A model generated the notes under the pieces. The model was not told where the DNA came from. It saw only the letters and a list, made by a program, of their open reading frames with translations, and did no database searches. A program made the translations under genes and the position numbers. Positions 9,346 to 18,707 of a stretch of DNA of 64,000 nucleotides are shown one piece after another. Source of the DNA: Candidatus Pyrohabitans jungbluthii (lineage in GTDB: Archaea; Hydrothermarchaeota; Hydrothermarchaeia; Hydrothermarchaeales; BMS3B); contig MTMD02000002.1 of NCBI GenBank assembly GCA_002010065.2, forward strand, positions 64,001-128,000, written 5' to 3'. Within the stretch, counting starts at the first letter, position 1. The number at the start of each line of letters is the position of its first letter.

Positions 9346-11205
9346 TTACCCCCTGAACTTCGGCCTCTGAGAAAGCCTCTCCGGCAGAGGCAACTTAGCA
9401 AAGGGTTTGCCCTCATTCTCCTTCTCCACCCGCTCGGCGAGCTCTTCCTTGGTTAGCTGCACCTGCTCGCCGGTGCTCCTCACGCGCACCGTGAGGTAAC
9501 CTCCCTCCTGCTCTCGCGCGCCCACCACGACGATATATGGAATCCACTCCTTCTCAGCATTGCGTATCTTCTTTTGAAGCGTTGCCGCCTCATCGTCTAA
9601 GTCGGCGCGCACCCTGCGCTTTTTAAAGTACGCCAGCACCTCTTCCGCATAGCCGAGGTTCTGCTCAGACACAGGGATTATCCTCACCTGCGTCGGGCAA
9701 AGCCAGGTTGGTAGAGAAGGCTTCTCGCCGCGCTTTGATTTGAGGTAGGCCTGTTCGAGCAGCGCATAGAGGTTGCGGTCTATGCCTCCGCTGATACTGG
9801 CATGCAAAAGCAGCGGGTGGCGCCTCTCTCCGCTTTCATCCACGTAAGTTATGTCGAAGCGCTCTGTGTTCTCAACGTCGATCTGCACCGTGGAGAGCGT
9901 CGCCGCTTTGTTCTGCGCATCGTTGACGCTGAACTCGAACTTCATCACAAAGTAGAAGAAGCGCTTATCCCATAGCTCGATTAGGATAGGCTTGCCTATT
10001 AGGCGAGCGAGCTGCTTCGCAAACTCCTCGTTTTCCTCGTAGAAGTCGCGCACAAAGCGAATCGCCACCTCGTACTCTAAGCCAAGCTCCTCCATCCAGC
10101 GCATGCTCAGCTTGAACTGGCGCAGAAACTCCTCCTTCGCCTGCTCCATATCTCTGCACAGAGTGTGCATATCCGGCATGGTGAAGGTGCGCAGGCGTTT
10201 AAGCCCTGCCAGCTCACCGCTCTGTTCGCGACGGAAGGAGTAGTGGGTAAGCTCGTACAGGCGAAGTGGGAGGTGGCGGTAGCTTATGGTCATGTCGTGC
10301 ATCATTAAATACTGCCCAAAGCACGCAGCGAAGCGCAGGAAGTATTCCTTGTCGTCGCTTATCACCACGTACTGCCTCGCCGGGAAGCGGTGCAGATAGC
10401 GGCTGAGCGTGGGATGAGCAAAGTCGTACATTACCGGCGTCTCCACTTCCATGGCGCCGTAGTCGAGCACAAGCTGGGTGACGTGCTCCTCCAGAAGCTT
10501 CTTGATCAGCCTCCCCTTGGGATACCAGCGTAAATTGCCGGGGTCGCTGCCCGGCTCGTGATCCACAAGCTCATGCTCTTTCATTAAGCGAATGTGGGGC
10601 GGCTCCTCGGTTACAGCGCGAGTGCCCTTAGTCTCGTACTCATAGAATATTTTTAAGCCTTCATGCTGTGAAAAATCGAAGCTTTCTGCAGGCGTTAGCT
10701 TGCCTTCAGGGGTAAGCACATACCATTCGCTCTTTAGCTTCTTCTCCGCTTTAAGCGCGAGGCTCTCTTTTTCCTCCTTCTCCTCCACGCGGATCTCCCG
10801 CGAAAGCTCGCTCAGGGGATGCCCCTTGCAGCGCAGCTCAAACGCCTTGTACCACCCGAAGGGTGCGCGCAAAACCTCGTAGCCCCTCGCTACAAGTTCC
10901 TCCTCCAAGCTCTTAAGCACTTCTACCGCAAAGTCTGGCTTAGCCAGCGATGAGCTTAGATGGGCATAGGGGTATAGCACCACTCGCTTTGCCTTAACTT
11001 GGGAGTAAACCTTCTCTATCTCATCAGCGGCGCGCTTCACCACCTCTTCGCTGTACCCCTCGTCCGATTTTTCGACAGCAATAAACGCGGCAAGCGCCTC
11101 CTCCGCCCTGCCTGCAAGCTTCTCCTGACTAACCTCCTCAGCCACCTTCGTCTTCTGCTTTGCTTTAAACTCTATGTGGTCCACGTGAAGGAGAAGAAGC
11201 TTCAT
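9346..11205 (-). CDS. thrS: Threonine--tRNA ligase, archaeal type
   Basis: Archaeal editing domain (YPYAHLS, APFGWYK..CKGHPLSELSR); FAACFG, FRREQSGE, MPDMHT. Confidence 0.97.
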   Translation of the reverse strand: MKLLLLHVDHIEFKAKQKTKVAEEVSQEKLAGRAEEALAAFIAVEKSDEGYSEEVVKRAADEIEKVYSQVKAKRVVLYPYAHLSSSLAKPDFAVEVLKSLEEELVARGYEVLRAPFGWYKAFELRCKGHPLSELSREIRVEEKEEKESLALKAEKKLKSEWYVLTPEGKLTPAESFDFSQHEGLKIFYEYETKGTRAVTEEPPHIRLMKEHELVDHEPGSDPGNLRWYPKGRLIKKLLEEHVTQLVLDYGAMEVETPVMYDFAHPTLSRYLHRFPARQYVVISDDKEYFLRFAACFGQYLMMHDMTISYRHLPLRLYELTHYSFRREQSGELAGLKRLRTFTMPDMHTLCRDMEQAKEEFLRQFKLSMRWMEELGLEYEVAIRFVRDFYEENEEFAKQLARLIGKPILIELWDKRFFYFVMKFEFSVNDAQNKAATLSTVQIDVENTERFDITYVDESGERRHPLLLHASISGGIDRNLYALLEQAYLKSKRGEKPSLPTWLCPTQVRIIPVSEQNLGYAEEVLAYFKKRRVRADLDDEAATLQKKIRNAEKEWIPYIVVVGAREQEGGYLTVRVRSTGEQVQLTKEELAERVEKENEGKPFAKLPLPERLSQRPKFRG

Positions 11206-11292
11206 TGCAGCACCCCTGCTACCTTGGCTCTGCCTTTTTATAAGGTTTTCGAAGACCTACCTCAATCCCTATCTTACGGTTGAGAGAAGAAG

Positions 11293-11805
11293 CTACTTTT
11301 CGGCGATGATTTTCAGAATATCCTTTATGTCCCTCAGAAGACCTGTGTTCTCCTTTAAAGTGCCGTCGATAGAGCTGAGGCGGGTGCTGACGGAATCGAG
11401 GCGCACGTCCACAGACTTCATGTATCCCTCCATAGATGTGAGATGTTCATCAACAGAACCAAGTTTGCTGTCAATAGAACCAAGTCTATCTACTCCCAAG
11501 TCAAGCCTATCAAAAATGTCTTTTTCTACGCCTCCAATCACTCTGCCTACAGGCTTTGGCAGGAGTATTTTTTCTGAGAATGATATCTTTTTAACTCCGG
11601 GATATCTGCTTATTTCTTCTGAAATCCTCTCGATTTTTGAAATCTCTCCCTCACAGACAAATTTTACATTCCTCTCATTATAATCATTGTATACAAATCC
11701 TGCTAAATCGTACTTATGAGCTAGATTTTCTATGTAATTCCGGAATCCAACATACTGAACATCTCCCTCAATCACAAGGGTTAGCTGCTTTACCTTTGAG
11801 AGCAT
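11293..11805 (-). CDS. Acylphosphatase domain with C-terminal heptad coiled coil
   Basis: IEGDVQYVGFR..LAGFVYN motif, then heptads LGSIDSK/LGSVDEH/LDSVSTR/LSSIDGT. Confidence 0.75.
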   Translation of the reverse strand: MLSKVKQLTLVIEGDVQYVGFRNYIENLAHKYDLAGFVYNDYNERNVKFVCEGEISKIERISEEISRYPGVKKISFSEKILLPKPVGRVIGGVEKDIFDRLDLGVDRLGSIDSKLGSVDEHLTSMEGYMKSVDVRLDSVSTRLSSIDGTLKENTGLLRDIKDILKIIAEK

Positions 11806-11837
11806 GTCATAATGTTTATGTTTAGTCTATATAAAGG

Positions 11838-12467
11838 TTAAGTTGTAATGCAAAGTTCACTTTTTGTCTGATTTACTTCAGTCTTTGAGTTGATCTTGTG
11901 ATAGGCGAACAATGCCCTGTCAACCTTGCGAATATCCCCTCCTGCATACTTTTTAGCAATATTTAGTACTTCGCGCCGGAAGATTTTGTAACCTTCGATT
12001 TTATCACGGTAATGATAATACTTTTTTGATCCATCGAGATAGTTTGCTTTCTGCAGTACCTGAACCGTTCTTTTATCCACGATCGGGAAGTCTTTTGGAG
12101 AAATGAAATGCACAATCGTAGATGCTATTGGAATCCCGATACCATCTAACTTATCCAGATCACGAATAATGGTTTCTAAATATTTATCAGGATTTTCTTT
12201 TATCATCTTGATAACTTGTTTAAATGTATCTTCGTAGCCTTTAAAATTGTCCAATTTCACATAACCTTTTACACGAGCTGCTTTCCAGTTTAAAATGCAT
12301 CTGAATGTTGATTTAGATATATTTCCTTGTGAAACATCATAAGATACTCTCTTAATTAGTTCACTATATTCTCTTTCGTCACCTCCAATTTCTGGATCGT
12401 CATATTTGGATTCATACTCAATTATAAACTCCTCATCAATTACAATTTCATTTCCCTTCATATTCAT
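11838..12467 (-). CDS. AT-rich hypothetical protein with helix-hairpin-helix (DNA glycosylase-like) motif
   Basis: LDKLDGIGIPIASTIVH..FPIVDKR resembles HhH plus catalytic Asp; also ILNWKAAR and VDRALF. Confidence 0.55.
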   Translation of the reverse strand: MNMKGNEIVIDEEFIIEYESKYDDPEIGGDEREYSELIKRVSYDVSQGNISKSTFRCILNWKAARVKGYVKLDNFKGYEDTFKQVIKMIKENPDKYLETIIRDLDKLDGIGIPIASTIVHFISPKDFPIVDKRTVQVLQKANYLDGSKKYYHYRDKIEGYKIFRREVLNIAKKYAGGDIRKVDRALFAYHKINSKTEVNQTKSELCITT

Positions 12468-12535
12468 CCCCCTTTACTATGTTGTGTTAAGACTCCGTCC
12501 ACAACCCTTATTAACCTCCACGCCTACCTCTCAGC

Positions 12536-13573
12536 ATGGAAGAGGGAATGACCTATGCCAAAGCGGGAGTTGATATAGATAAAGAGAGCCTTGCAATTCG
12601 CGCCATTGCTGAGCATCTTAAAGGTACCCTGAGGCTCCGCCAAGGCAAAGCTGGGGAGAGCCTCCTGGGAGTGGGGCACTTCGCAGGCTTGGTTAAGCTG
12701 GACGAGAAGCGCGCGCTTGCTTTATCTGCCGATGGCGTGGGCACTAAAATTCTCGTCGCCAGGGCGATGAACAAGTACGACACCATAGGTATTGATTTAG
12801 TGGCAATGAACGCCAACGACGTAATCTGCGTGGGCGCGGAGCCGCTGGTGCTCCTGGATTACCTTGCCATCGATGAGCCTGACCCGAGCATAACCGGGGA
12901 AATCGCCAAGGGCTTGGCAAAGGGTGCTGAAATGGCGAACATAAGCATCCCCGGCGGCGAGCTTGCAACGCTGCCCGAGATGGTCAAGGGTTTTGACCTC
13001 GCGGGTTTAATCGTGGGCATGGTGGAGATGGATAAGATAATCACAGGCGAGAAGGTTGCGCCTGGCGACGTGGTTATAGGTCTGGAAAGCTCTGGCATAC
13101 ACAGCAACGGGTTAACCCTCGCCAGGAAGGTTATTCTCGAGCATTACAGCATAGATGAGGAGATATTCCCTGGCAGAACCGCTGGTGAGGAGCTTCTTGA
13201 GCCGACAAAGATATACGTGCGGGAGGTTATGCGTTGCCTTGCTGAAGCGGATGTGCACGGCTTGGCTAACATCACCGGCGGTGGCTTGGCGAATCTAACA
13301 AGGATAACGAGGCACGGCTATTATCTGGATGCCCTGCCCGAGCCGCCCAGGATATTCCAGCTTATCCAGGAGCTTGGCAAAGTGCCAGAGCATGAGATGT
13401 ACAGGACGTTCAACATGGGCGTGGGCTTCTGCATCGTAACCAGCGAAGAGGAGAGCGAGAAGATAATAGATATATGCAAACGCCACTCCACTCGCGCTCA
13501 GGTTATTGGCAGGGTGGTCGAGGGGGAGAACGTGGTTAAAATCGCCGACAAGAGCTTTACCCTGCGCTACTGA
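12536..13573 (+). CDS. purM: Phosphoribosylformylglycinamidine cyclo-ligase
   Basis: TYAKAGVDI, DGVGTK, DLVAMNAND, GGE.A, SSGIHSNG, TFNMGVG. Confidence 0.97.
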   Translation: MEEGMTYAKAGVDIDKESLAIRAIAEHLKGTLRLRQGKAGESLLGVGHFAGLVKLDEKRALALSADGVGTKILVARAMNKYDTIGIDLVAMNANDVICVGAEPLVLLDYLAIDEPDPSITGEIAKGLAKGAEMANISIPGGELATLPEMVKGFDLAGLIVGMVEMDKIITGEKVAPGDVVIGLESSGIHSNGLTLARKVILEHYSIDEEIFPGRTAGEELLEPTKIYVREVMRCLAEADVHGLANITGGGLANLTRITRHGYYLDALPEPPRIFQLIQELGKVPEHEMYRTFNMGVGFCIVTSEEESEKIIDICKRHSTRAQVIGRVVEGENVVKIADKSFTLRY

Positions 13574-13764
13574 CGCCTCGCGCGATATAGAAAGCGCCTT
13601 CCGTCCCAGCGCCGCTCCACCAGGCCGAGGTTGTAAAGCTCCTCCAGAAGCCTGCGGGTCTTTCGCCTGTTGCTAAATGTGGCGCTGGAGAGGGTGTCTA
13701 TGTCCATATATGCACTTCCCAGAAGCCTCAAAACAAAAGTGTGGTCCATACTCAACTCTCGCAT
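13567..13764 (-). CDS. Small winged-helix protein
   Basis: GAGGTG leader; helix plus LEELYNLGLVER..GRRFLY wing. Confidence 0.55.
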   Translation of the reverse strand: MRELSMDHTFVLRLLGSAYMDIDTLSSATFSNRRKTRRLLEELYNLGLVERRWDGRRFLYRARRQ

Positions 13765-13773
13765 ATCATCACC

Positions 13774-14994
13774 TCACGTGAAGAAGTAAATATGCCTTAT
13801 GCTGTTGTCGGCGGCGGCGTAGCTACCTGCGGGGGAGACTGCTATCTTGGAATAAACCCTGCCGTAGCTCCGCTTCAGCAACACCTCGCCCTCTGCGTTG
13901 AAGTAGTAGATGTTCTTGTCGTAGGAAACAGCGGCAAAGTAGGAGTCGTCAGGAGCAGCGAACACCTGTATAACCTCCGCCCCAGTCTTTATCTCAATGG
14001 GCGCCTGAGGTGAATCTGAGCTAAAGAGCAGCCCTCTATAGTAGTCTGTGCCCGCCACTACATGGCTGCCATCGCCGCTGACCGCCACATCCAGAATGTC
14101 AATATTGAAGGAGTAGCCCTCCCACTCCCACAGAAGCTCGCCCTCGCCTGTGTACAGGCTGACTGTTCCGTCTTTCCCTGCCACAGCAACGTAACTAGCA
14201 TTCTCTGAAAGCGCAAAGGCTGCGATGTCCACTTCGGTTTTTATCTCCCTGAATAGGGTGCCGTTGTTCGCATGGAGGAGGTAAATCTTCTTGTAGCTGG
14301 AGTAGCCCACCACCTCACCGTTGCCGCTGATTGCGAGATTCTCAATCACATCCTTAGCGGAGTGTTTCCACAGAAGCTCAGCGCTGCTGGAGATGGCGTA
14401 TAAACCCCTGTCCCACGCCGCTGTAGCGCCGTATACCACACTTCCCTCTGGCGAGAGCACCACATGCTTCGGCTCCGCCTGCGTGGGATAGAAGGCTATT
14501 TGATTACCGTAAATGTCGAAAAGGTAAAAGCCCTTCTCACCAGCAACGCCCACGTATTCCCGCGAAGCTGCAAGCTCGCTTACCTGCTCCCTGAGGTTGA
14601 CGTCTGCCACCTGCGTGGGAGAAGCTTCCAGCACAAGCTCAAGGTAGTTCTTTCCAGCGGCTGGCAGCGTAGCAGGAGGCGGCGTAGTGAGCGGAGCCTC
14701 CGTTTTAGGCGGGAGCGTTGTGGGAGGTGGAGTTACCTCTGGTTGAGGCGCAGCTTCAGGTGCTTCCTCTGGCTTCACCTCTTCTTCCTTCTTTCCGGGT
14801 ATTGTGGGGTCAAGGGGGTTAGGGTCAAGAGGGTCCCAGAGTCCGTCACCATCTGTATCCACCCTCGTCGGGTCAGTTCCTGCTCTAGCCTCTTGCGCAT
14901 CGTCCCAGCCGTCACCATCGGTGTCTGGAATCTTCTCCTTGATGCAGCCTGAAAAGAGGGATAGGAGTATAAGGAGAAGTAGGAGCTTTCTCAT
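13774..14994 (-). CDS. Surface lipoprotein with Ca-binding DxDGDG repeats, Pro/Thr linker and PQQ/WD40-like beta-propeller
   Basis: LLLLILLSLFSGC lipobox; DTDGDG twice; repeated (A/V)xS.DG/EG..LLW blades. Confidence 0.8.
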   Translation of the reverse strand: MRKLLLLLILLSLFSGCIKEKIPDTDGDGWDDAQEARAGTDPTRVDTDGDGLWDPLDPNPLDPTIPGKKEEEVKPEEAPEAAPQPEVTPPPTTLPPKTEAPLTTPPPATLPAAGKNYLELVLEASPTQVADVNLREQVSELAASREYVGVAGEKGFYLFDIYGNQIAFYPTQAEPKHVVLSPEGSVVYGATAAWDRGLYAISSSAELLWKHSAKDVIENLAISGNGEVVGYSSYKKIYLLHANNGTLFREIKTEVDIAAFALSENASYVAVAGKDGTVSLYTGEGELLWEWEGYSFNIDILDVAVSGDGSHVVAGTDYYRGLLFSSDSPQAPIEIKTGAEVIQVFAAPDDSYFAAVSYDKNIYYFNAEGEVLLKRSYGRVYSKIAVSPAGSYAAADNSIRHIYFFT

Positions 14995-15110
14995 GTGTAT
15001 ACACAATCATCGGGAGGATATATAACTCTTCCGCCCCAGAGAGTAACACGCCCTTATAGGCAAAGGTATTTATTGCCCGGGCGTAAAGATTGTGATAGAG
15101 GGATGTAACT

Positions 15111-15401
15111 TTGAAGATAGCAGATTTACGCCCGGGTCAGGGCAGGGTTAATATTGTGGTTGAGGTTGTGAGCGTTGGCGATGTCAGGACTTTCCAGAAG
15201 TACGGTCGCAGCGGGAGGGTTGCGACTGCCACCGTTAAGGACGATTCTGGTGAGATAAACCTGAGCCTGTGGAATGAGGACATAGACAGGGTCAGCCCCG
15301 GTACAAAGCTAAAGATAGAAAACGGTTACGTTGGCGAGTTTAAAGGCGAAATGCAGCTTACCACCGGAAAGTACGGCAAACTTGTTGTGCTCGCCGACTA
15401 A
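15111..15401 (+). CDS. ssb: Single OB-fold ssDNA-binding protein
   Basis: KIADLRPG..VNI, D.SGEI.LSLW, IENGYV.EFKGEMQL..GKYG. Confidence 0.85.
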   Translation: MKIADLRPGQGRVNIVVEVVSVGDVRTFQKYGRSGRVATATVKDDSGEINLSLWNEDIDRVSPGTKLKIENGYVGEFKGEMQLTTGKYGKLVVLAD

Positions 15402-15560
15402 TCCTCTCTCAATATGGACTCCAGCCGGAAGTCAGCGAAGTAGCACTTATTTTTATATTTTACTTACTTTTATTGAAATTGTCTTCAAATAAAATTTATA
15501 ACCCCCCCCTCGTGATATTACTCTCAAATTTGGTAGCTGTACCCCTGCAGGTGGGGAGTC

Positions 15561-15929
15561 TTGGCCAGAATACTCGTGGTGGACGACGACGCTGACATAT
15601 GCAGTCTTGTAAAGGTTATACTGGAAAGGGAGGGTTATGAGGTAGAGGTGGCAAGGTCAGGGGAAGAGTGCCTTGTGCGGCTTTCTATGGGCCCCAACCC
15701 CGATTTAATTCTCATGGATTTTTTAATGCCCGGCAAGGATGGCCTCAGGATAACCCAGGAGATTAAGAGCAACCCGAGGACAAAGAAAATACCCGTCTAC
15801 CTCTTTACGGTTGCAGCAAATGAGGAATGGAAGAGAGAGGCAAAGAAATCGAGGGCCGACGGGTACATCTTGAAGCCTTTCAGTGTGGAGGAGTTTGTTA
15901 ACACGATTGAGGGCGCCTTTAAGCGATAG
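15561..15929 (+). CDS. Stand-alone response regulator receiver (CheY-like)
   Basis: ILVVDDD, DLILMDFLMPGKDG (phosphoacceptor Asp), YILKPF. Confidence 0.92.
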   Translation: MARILVVDDDADICSLVKVILEREGYEVEVARSGEECLVRLSMGPNPDLILMDFLMPGKDGLRITQEIKSNPRTKKIPVYLFTVAANEEWKREAKKSRADGYILKPFSVEEFVNTIEGAFKR

Positions 15930-15967
15930 TGGATTTGCTTGGAAATGTTAAGGCTCGAGCTTAGGGT

Positions 15968-16339
15968 GTGGAAGACGAGGATATTGCGATTGCCCTGGAG
16001 TTTAGGAATCTGATAGTGGAGCTTGAAAACGTTGCCGAGGAGATATTCAGGCACGATTTTACAGATGCGATGAAGGAGAAGCTTCTGAGGATTCACGAGA
16101 GGCTGCACAGCGACCTTGAAAGTCTGATAAAACATGGCCACGCCGACGCAGCAAGGGTGGAGAAGGCGATCGCAGGCTTGCCAGCTGAACATGAGGCGAA
16201 AAAGCTTTTCAGGGAGCTTAAGGAGAGCCTCAACAGGGCGGAACAGGAGCTTGAGCGGGAAAATTACAGGGAGTGCATGTCTGAGATTCTGGTTTTCCTC
16301 GACTCTCTGAGGGCGCTGGAGATGGTTTTTGAGGTGTAG
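15968..16339 (+). CDS. Hypothetical alpha-helical protein
   Basis: ORF with genome-typical codon usage downstream of the receiver gene. Confidence 0.6.
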   Translation: MEDEDIAIALEFRNLIVELENVAEEIFRHDFTDAMKEKLLRIHERLHSDLESLIKHGHADAARVEKAIAGLPAEHEAKKLFRELKESLNRAEQELERENYRECMSEILVFLDSLRALEMVFEV

Positions 16340-16497
16340 GATGGAAAAGTTGTTTTTGGCTGTTGATAGCAATCGCAGTGGCAGGGGGATGCGTGCTCCA
16401 GCTACAAAAAAGCTCACATCAGCGATGAAAACTCTGAGCACAGCTTTTACTTTAAAATGAGATTAATGTTTTTATAGTTAATATAAAAAATAGTGCC

Positions 16498-17175
16498 ATG
16501 CTTGGAACCATTGTCAATAGCTTGAGCATTGTCATTGCCTCCCTGGTAGGTGTCCTGATAGGTCACCGATTTCCGGCAAAGGTCAGGGCAACTGTAATGC
16601 AGGCATTGGGGCTTGCTGTATTGCTTGTTGGCTTCCAGATGGCTTTTAAGACTCATAATCCCCTTATTGTAATCACAAGCCTCGTGCTTGGAAGCATTAT
16701 AGGAGAAGCCACAGATATTGAGGGCTTTCTTGAAAGGATTGGCAGGAAACTGGAAGCTGGCTCTGAAAATCCTGTTGCCAAAGCCTTTGTGAGTTCAACG
16801 CTGATATTCTGCGTTGGCTCAATGGCGATAGTGGGCTCCATCCAGGATGGCCTTCTTAAAGACCCAACCCTACTTTACACCAAGTCGATGCTTGACGGGG
16901 TTGTGGCGCTCGCCTTTGCCTCGGTAATGGGCATAGGGGTGATGTTTTCGGCAATCTCAGTGTTTGTTTACCAGGGGTTGATTACGCTACTGGCAGGTTC
17001 TTTGAGTCAGTTTCTGGTGGAGGAAGCCGTGAGAGAGCTGGAAGCAACCGGGGGCTTGTTAATTGCAGGGATAGGTATAAACATACTGGAAATAAAGGAG
17101 ATAAAAGTGGGAAACATGCTCCCCGCCATTTTTATAGCCCCGATATTGGTAAATCTCTTAATAGCAATAGGTTAG
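16498..17175 (+). CDS. DUF554 family membrane protein
   Basis: MLGTIVN, FCVGSMAIVGSIQDGL, LYTKSMLDG, VGNMLPA. Confidence 0.92.
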   Translation: MLGTIVNSLSIVIASLVGVLIGHRFPAKVRATVMQALGLAVLLVGFQMAFKTHNPLIVITSLVLGSIIGEATDIEGFLERIGRKLEAGSENPVAKAFVSSTLIFCVGSMAIVGSIQDGLLKDPTLLYTKSMLDGVVALAFASVMGIGVMFSAISVFVYQGLITLLAGSLSQFLVEEAVRELEATGGLLIAGIGINILEIKEIKVGNMLPAIFIAPILVNLLIAIG

Positions 17176-17176
17176 A

Positions 17177-17248
17177 AGCCGAGGGAGGGAATTGAACCCC
17201 CGAAAAGCGGATCTGCAGTCCGCCACGTTACCACTCCGTCACCTCGGC
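17177..17248 (-). tRNA. tRNA-Cys (GCA), intronless, CCA not encoded
   Basis: GCCGAGG/CCTCGGC acceptor stem, GCGGA-ctGCAga-TCCGC anticodon arm, GGTTCAATTCC T-loop, U discriminator. Confidence 0.95.
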
Positions 17249-17294
17249 GCTAAGAATAATGCCAAAAAATAACAACCTCAATCTATAGAAGCAG

Positions 17295-17945
17295 CTAAAG
17301 CTCACAACTCTCTTTTGTGCAGGTGCCTGTAGCTTTGCCTGTTTCAGCTGGGGAATCGCCAAGAGCCTTTACCAGATCCTCATAGGTCTGGAGCCCGCTG
17401 AGCAGTTTACCATTGATAATAAAAGTGGGAACGGCATAAACTCCATAAGACTCTGCCAGTTTTAGATTCTCTTCGAATCTCTCTCTGGCAGTGTTTTTGA
17501 GGAAAGCATCTATCTCACTCTTGGATATTCCAAGCTCCCTCAGGTAGCCGTAAAGTCTTGCCCTATCGCTTATATCGATCCCCCTAACCCAGTAGTCCCG
17601 GTATACTCTGTCGTTAAACTCTTTGAATACTCCCCTATCCTTTGCAAGCTCCGTAAGAAGAAGGGCAAGATGTGAGTTGCTGAACCTCTCGGGGATGTTT
17701 ATTTCCACACCGAGCTGAAGTGCACGTTTTTTTATCTCACCCACAATAACATCTATATAATCCTCATCAAAACCCATCTCCAGAAGCGTCATGCCTCCTT
17801 CTGGTATTTCCGGATGAATCTCGTATCCTATCCACTCTAGCTGAACGTCATGATTCTCCACCAGCTTGTCCAGCGCCTTTTTGCTCAGATAGCAGAATGG
17901 GCAGGAGTAATCTGAAAAAACGATGACTTTGTTCATGTATTTCAC
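17295..17945 (-). CDS. DsbA/FrnE family dithiol oxidoreductase
   Basis: SDYSCPFCY, GVYAVPTFIIN..GLQ, C-terminal CxxxxC. Confidence 0.88.
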   Translation of the reverse strand: MKYMNKVIVFSDYSCPFCYLSKKALDKLVENHDVQLEWIGYEIHPEIPEGGMTLLEMGFDEDYIDVIVGEIKKRALQLGVEINIPERFSNSHLALLLTELAKDRGVFKEFNDRVYRDYWVRGIDISDRARLYGYLRELGISKSEIDAFLKNTARERFEENLKLAESYGVYAVPTFIINGKLLSGLQTYEDLVKALGDSPAETGKATGTCTKESCEL

Positions 17946-17970
17946 CCGCGGTATGGCATCACCTAACGAG

Positions 17971-18219
17971 CTAACTTTTCTCTCTGATCTTAATTAGATA
18001 GATAAATTTCCCGTCCTCTTCACTCATATCTAAGAGCTCATTTCCAGTATGCTTAACCCACGCTGGAATGTCTTTTCTGGTGCCCAAATCAGTGGCTATG
18101 ACCTTTAGAACCTTCCCTGCTTCCATTTTGGATAATGCCTGTTTGACTCTAAAAATTGGCATGGGGCAAGCCATGCCAGAAACATCCAGCACCTCATCAG
18201 CTTCTATCAAGCCTCTCAC
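17971..18219 (-). CDS. tusA: TusA family sulfur carrier
   Basis: LDVSGMACPMP, VIATD.G...DIPAW..TGNELL. Confidence 0.92.
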   Translation of the reverse strand: MRGLIEADEVLDVSGMACPMPIFRVKQALSKMEAGKVLKVIATDLGTRKDIPAWVKHTGNELLDMSEEDGKFIYLIKIREKS

Positions 18220-18221
18220 CC

Positions 18222-18638
18222 TCAGAACGTAAGGACGACGTCTGCCTTCTGAGCCTTTTCCAGGAGGAACCAGGTTGCTCCGACGATGTCCTCAGCCTCA
18301 GGCACAAGGTTCTCCTTGGTAACGTCAAAAATCTGCGCAGCAAGGCTGCACACGTACATCCTTACCTTCCCTGTAGCCTTCAGCGCCTTGATAATCTCGT
18401 ACACGTCTGTGGGAAGCCCAGCCTCAGCCACCTTAGCCTTTATCATCTCATCGCTGCCTTCATGCTCCTTTGAGACCTTCAGATTCTCTGCACCACCTTT
18501 TGTCAGTACTCTGGCAGCCCAGTTTACGAACAGTATGTCAACCTCCATGTCAGAGGCGGCCCCGAGGTAGGCGAAAGCCAGAGGGGTCAAAATTCTATCG
18601 TATGCATCTTCCCTTACAATTATTGCCAGTCTCTTCAT
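18222..18638 (-). CDS. DsrE/DsrE2-like (peroxiredoxin-family) sulfur relay protein
   Basis: KRLAII, MEVDILF..W, VRMYVCS, IVGATWFLL..ADVVLTF. Confidence 0.8.
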   Translation of the reverse strand: MKRLAIIVREDAYDRILTPLAFAYLGAASDMEVDILFVNWAARVLTKGGAENLKVSKEHEGSDEMIKAKVAEAGLPTDVYEIIKALKATGKVRMYVCSLAAQIFDVTKENLVPEAEDIVGATWFLLEKAQKADVVLTF

Positions 18639-18654
18639 ATCTTTTCCTCCTATC

Positions 18655-18670
18655 GAACGAACGTTCGTTC
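18655..18670. promoter_or_regulatory. Perfect 16-bp palindrome, probable TetR operator
   Basis: GAACGAACGTTCGTTC immediately upstream of the dsrE-like RBS and downstream of the TetR gene. Confidence 0.75.
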
Positions 18671-18707
18671 TATTGTAGAATAATAACCTGTGAAAAACAA
18701 CTTGAAA

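Noticed and set aside
11836-12491. GTTAAG flanking the HhH-like gene as a target-site duplication or cassette core
   Set aside because: A 6-bp match in AT-rich DNA is expected by chance, and there is no supporting hairpin.
15420-17177. Integrated element at the tRNA-Cys 3' end
   Set aside because: No duplicated tRNA 3' fragment (att site) or integrase was found; only a gene remnant hints at past rearrangement.
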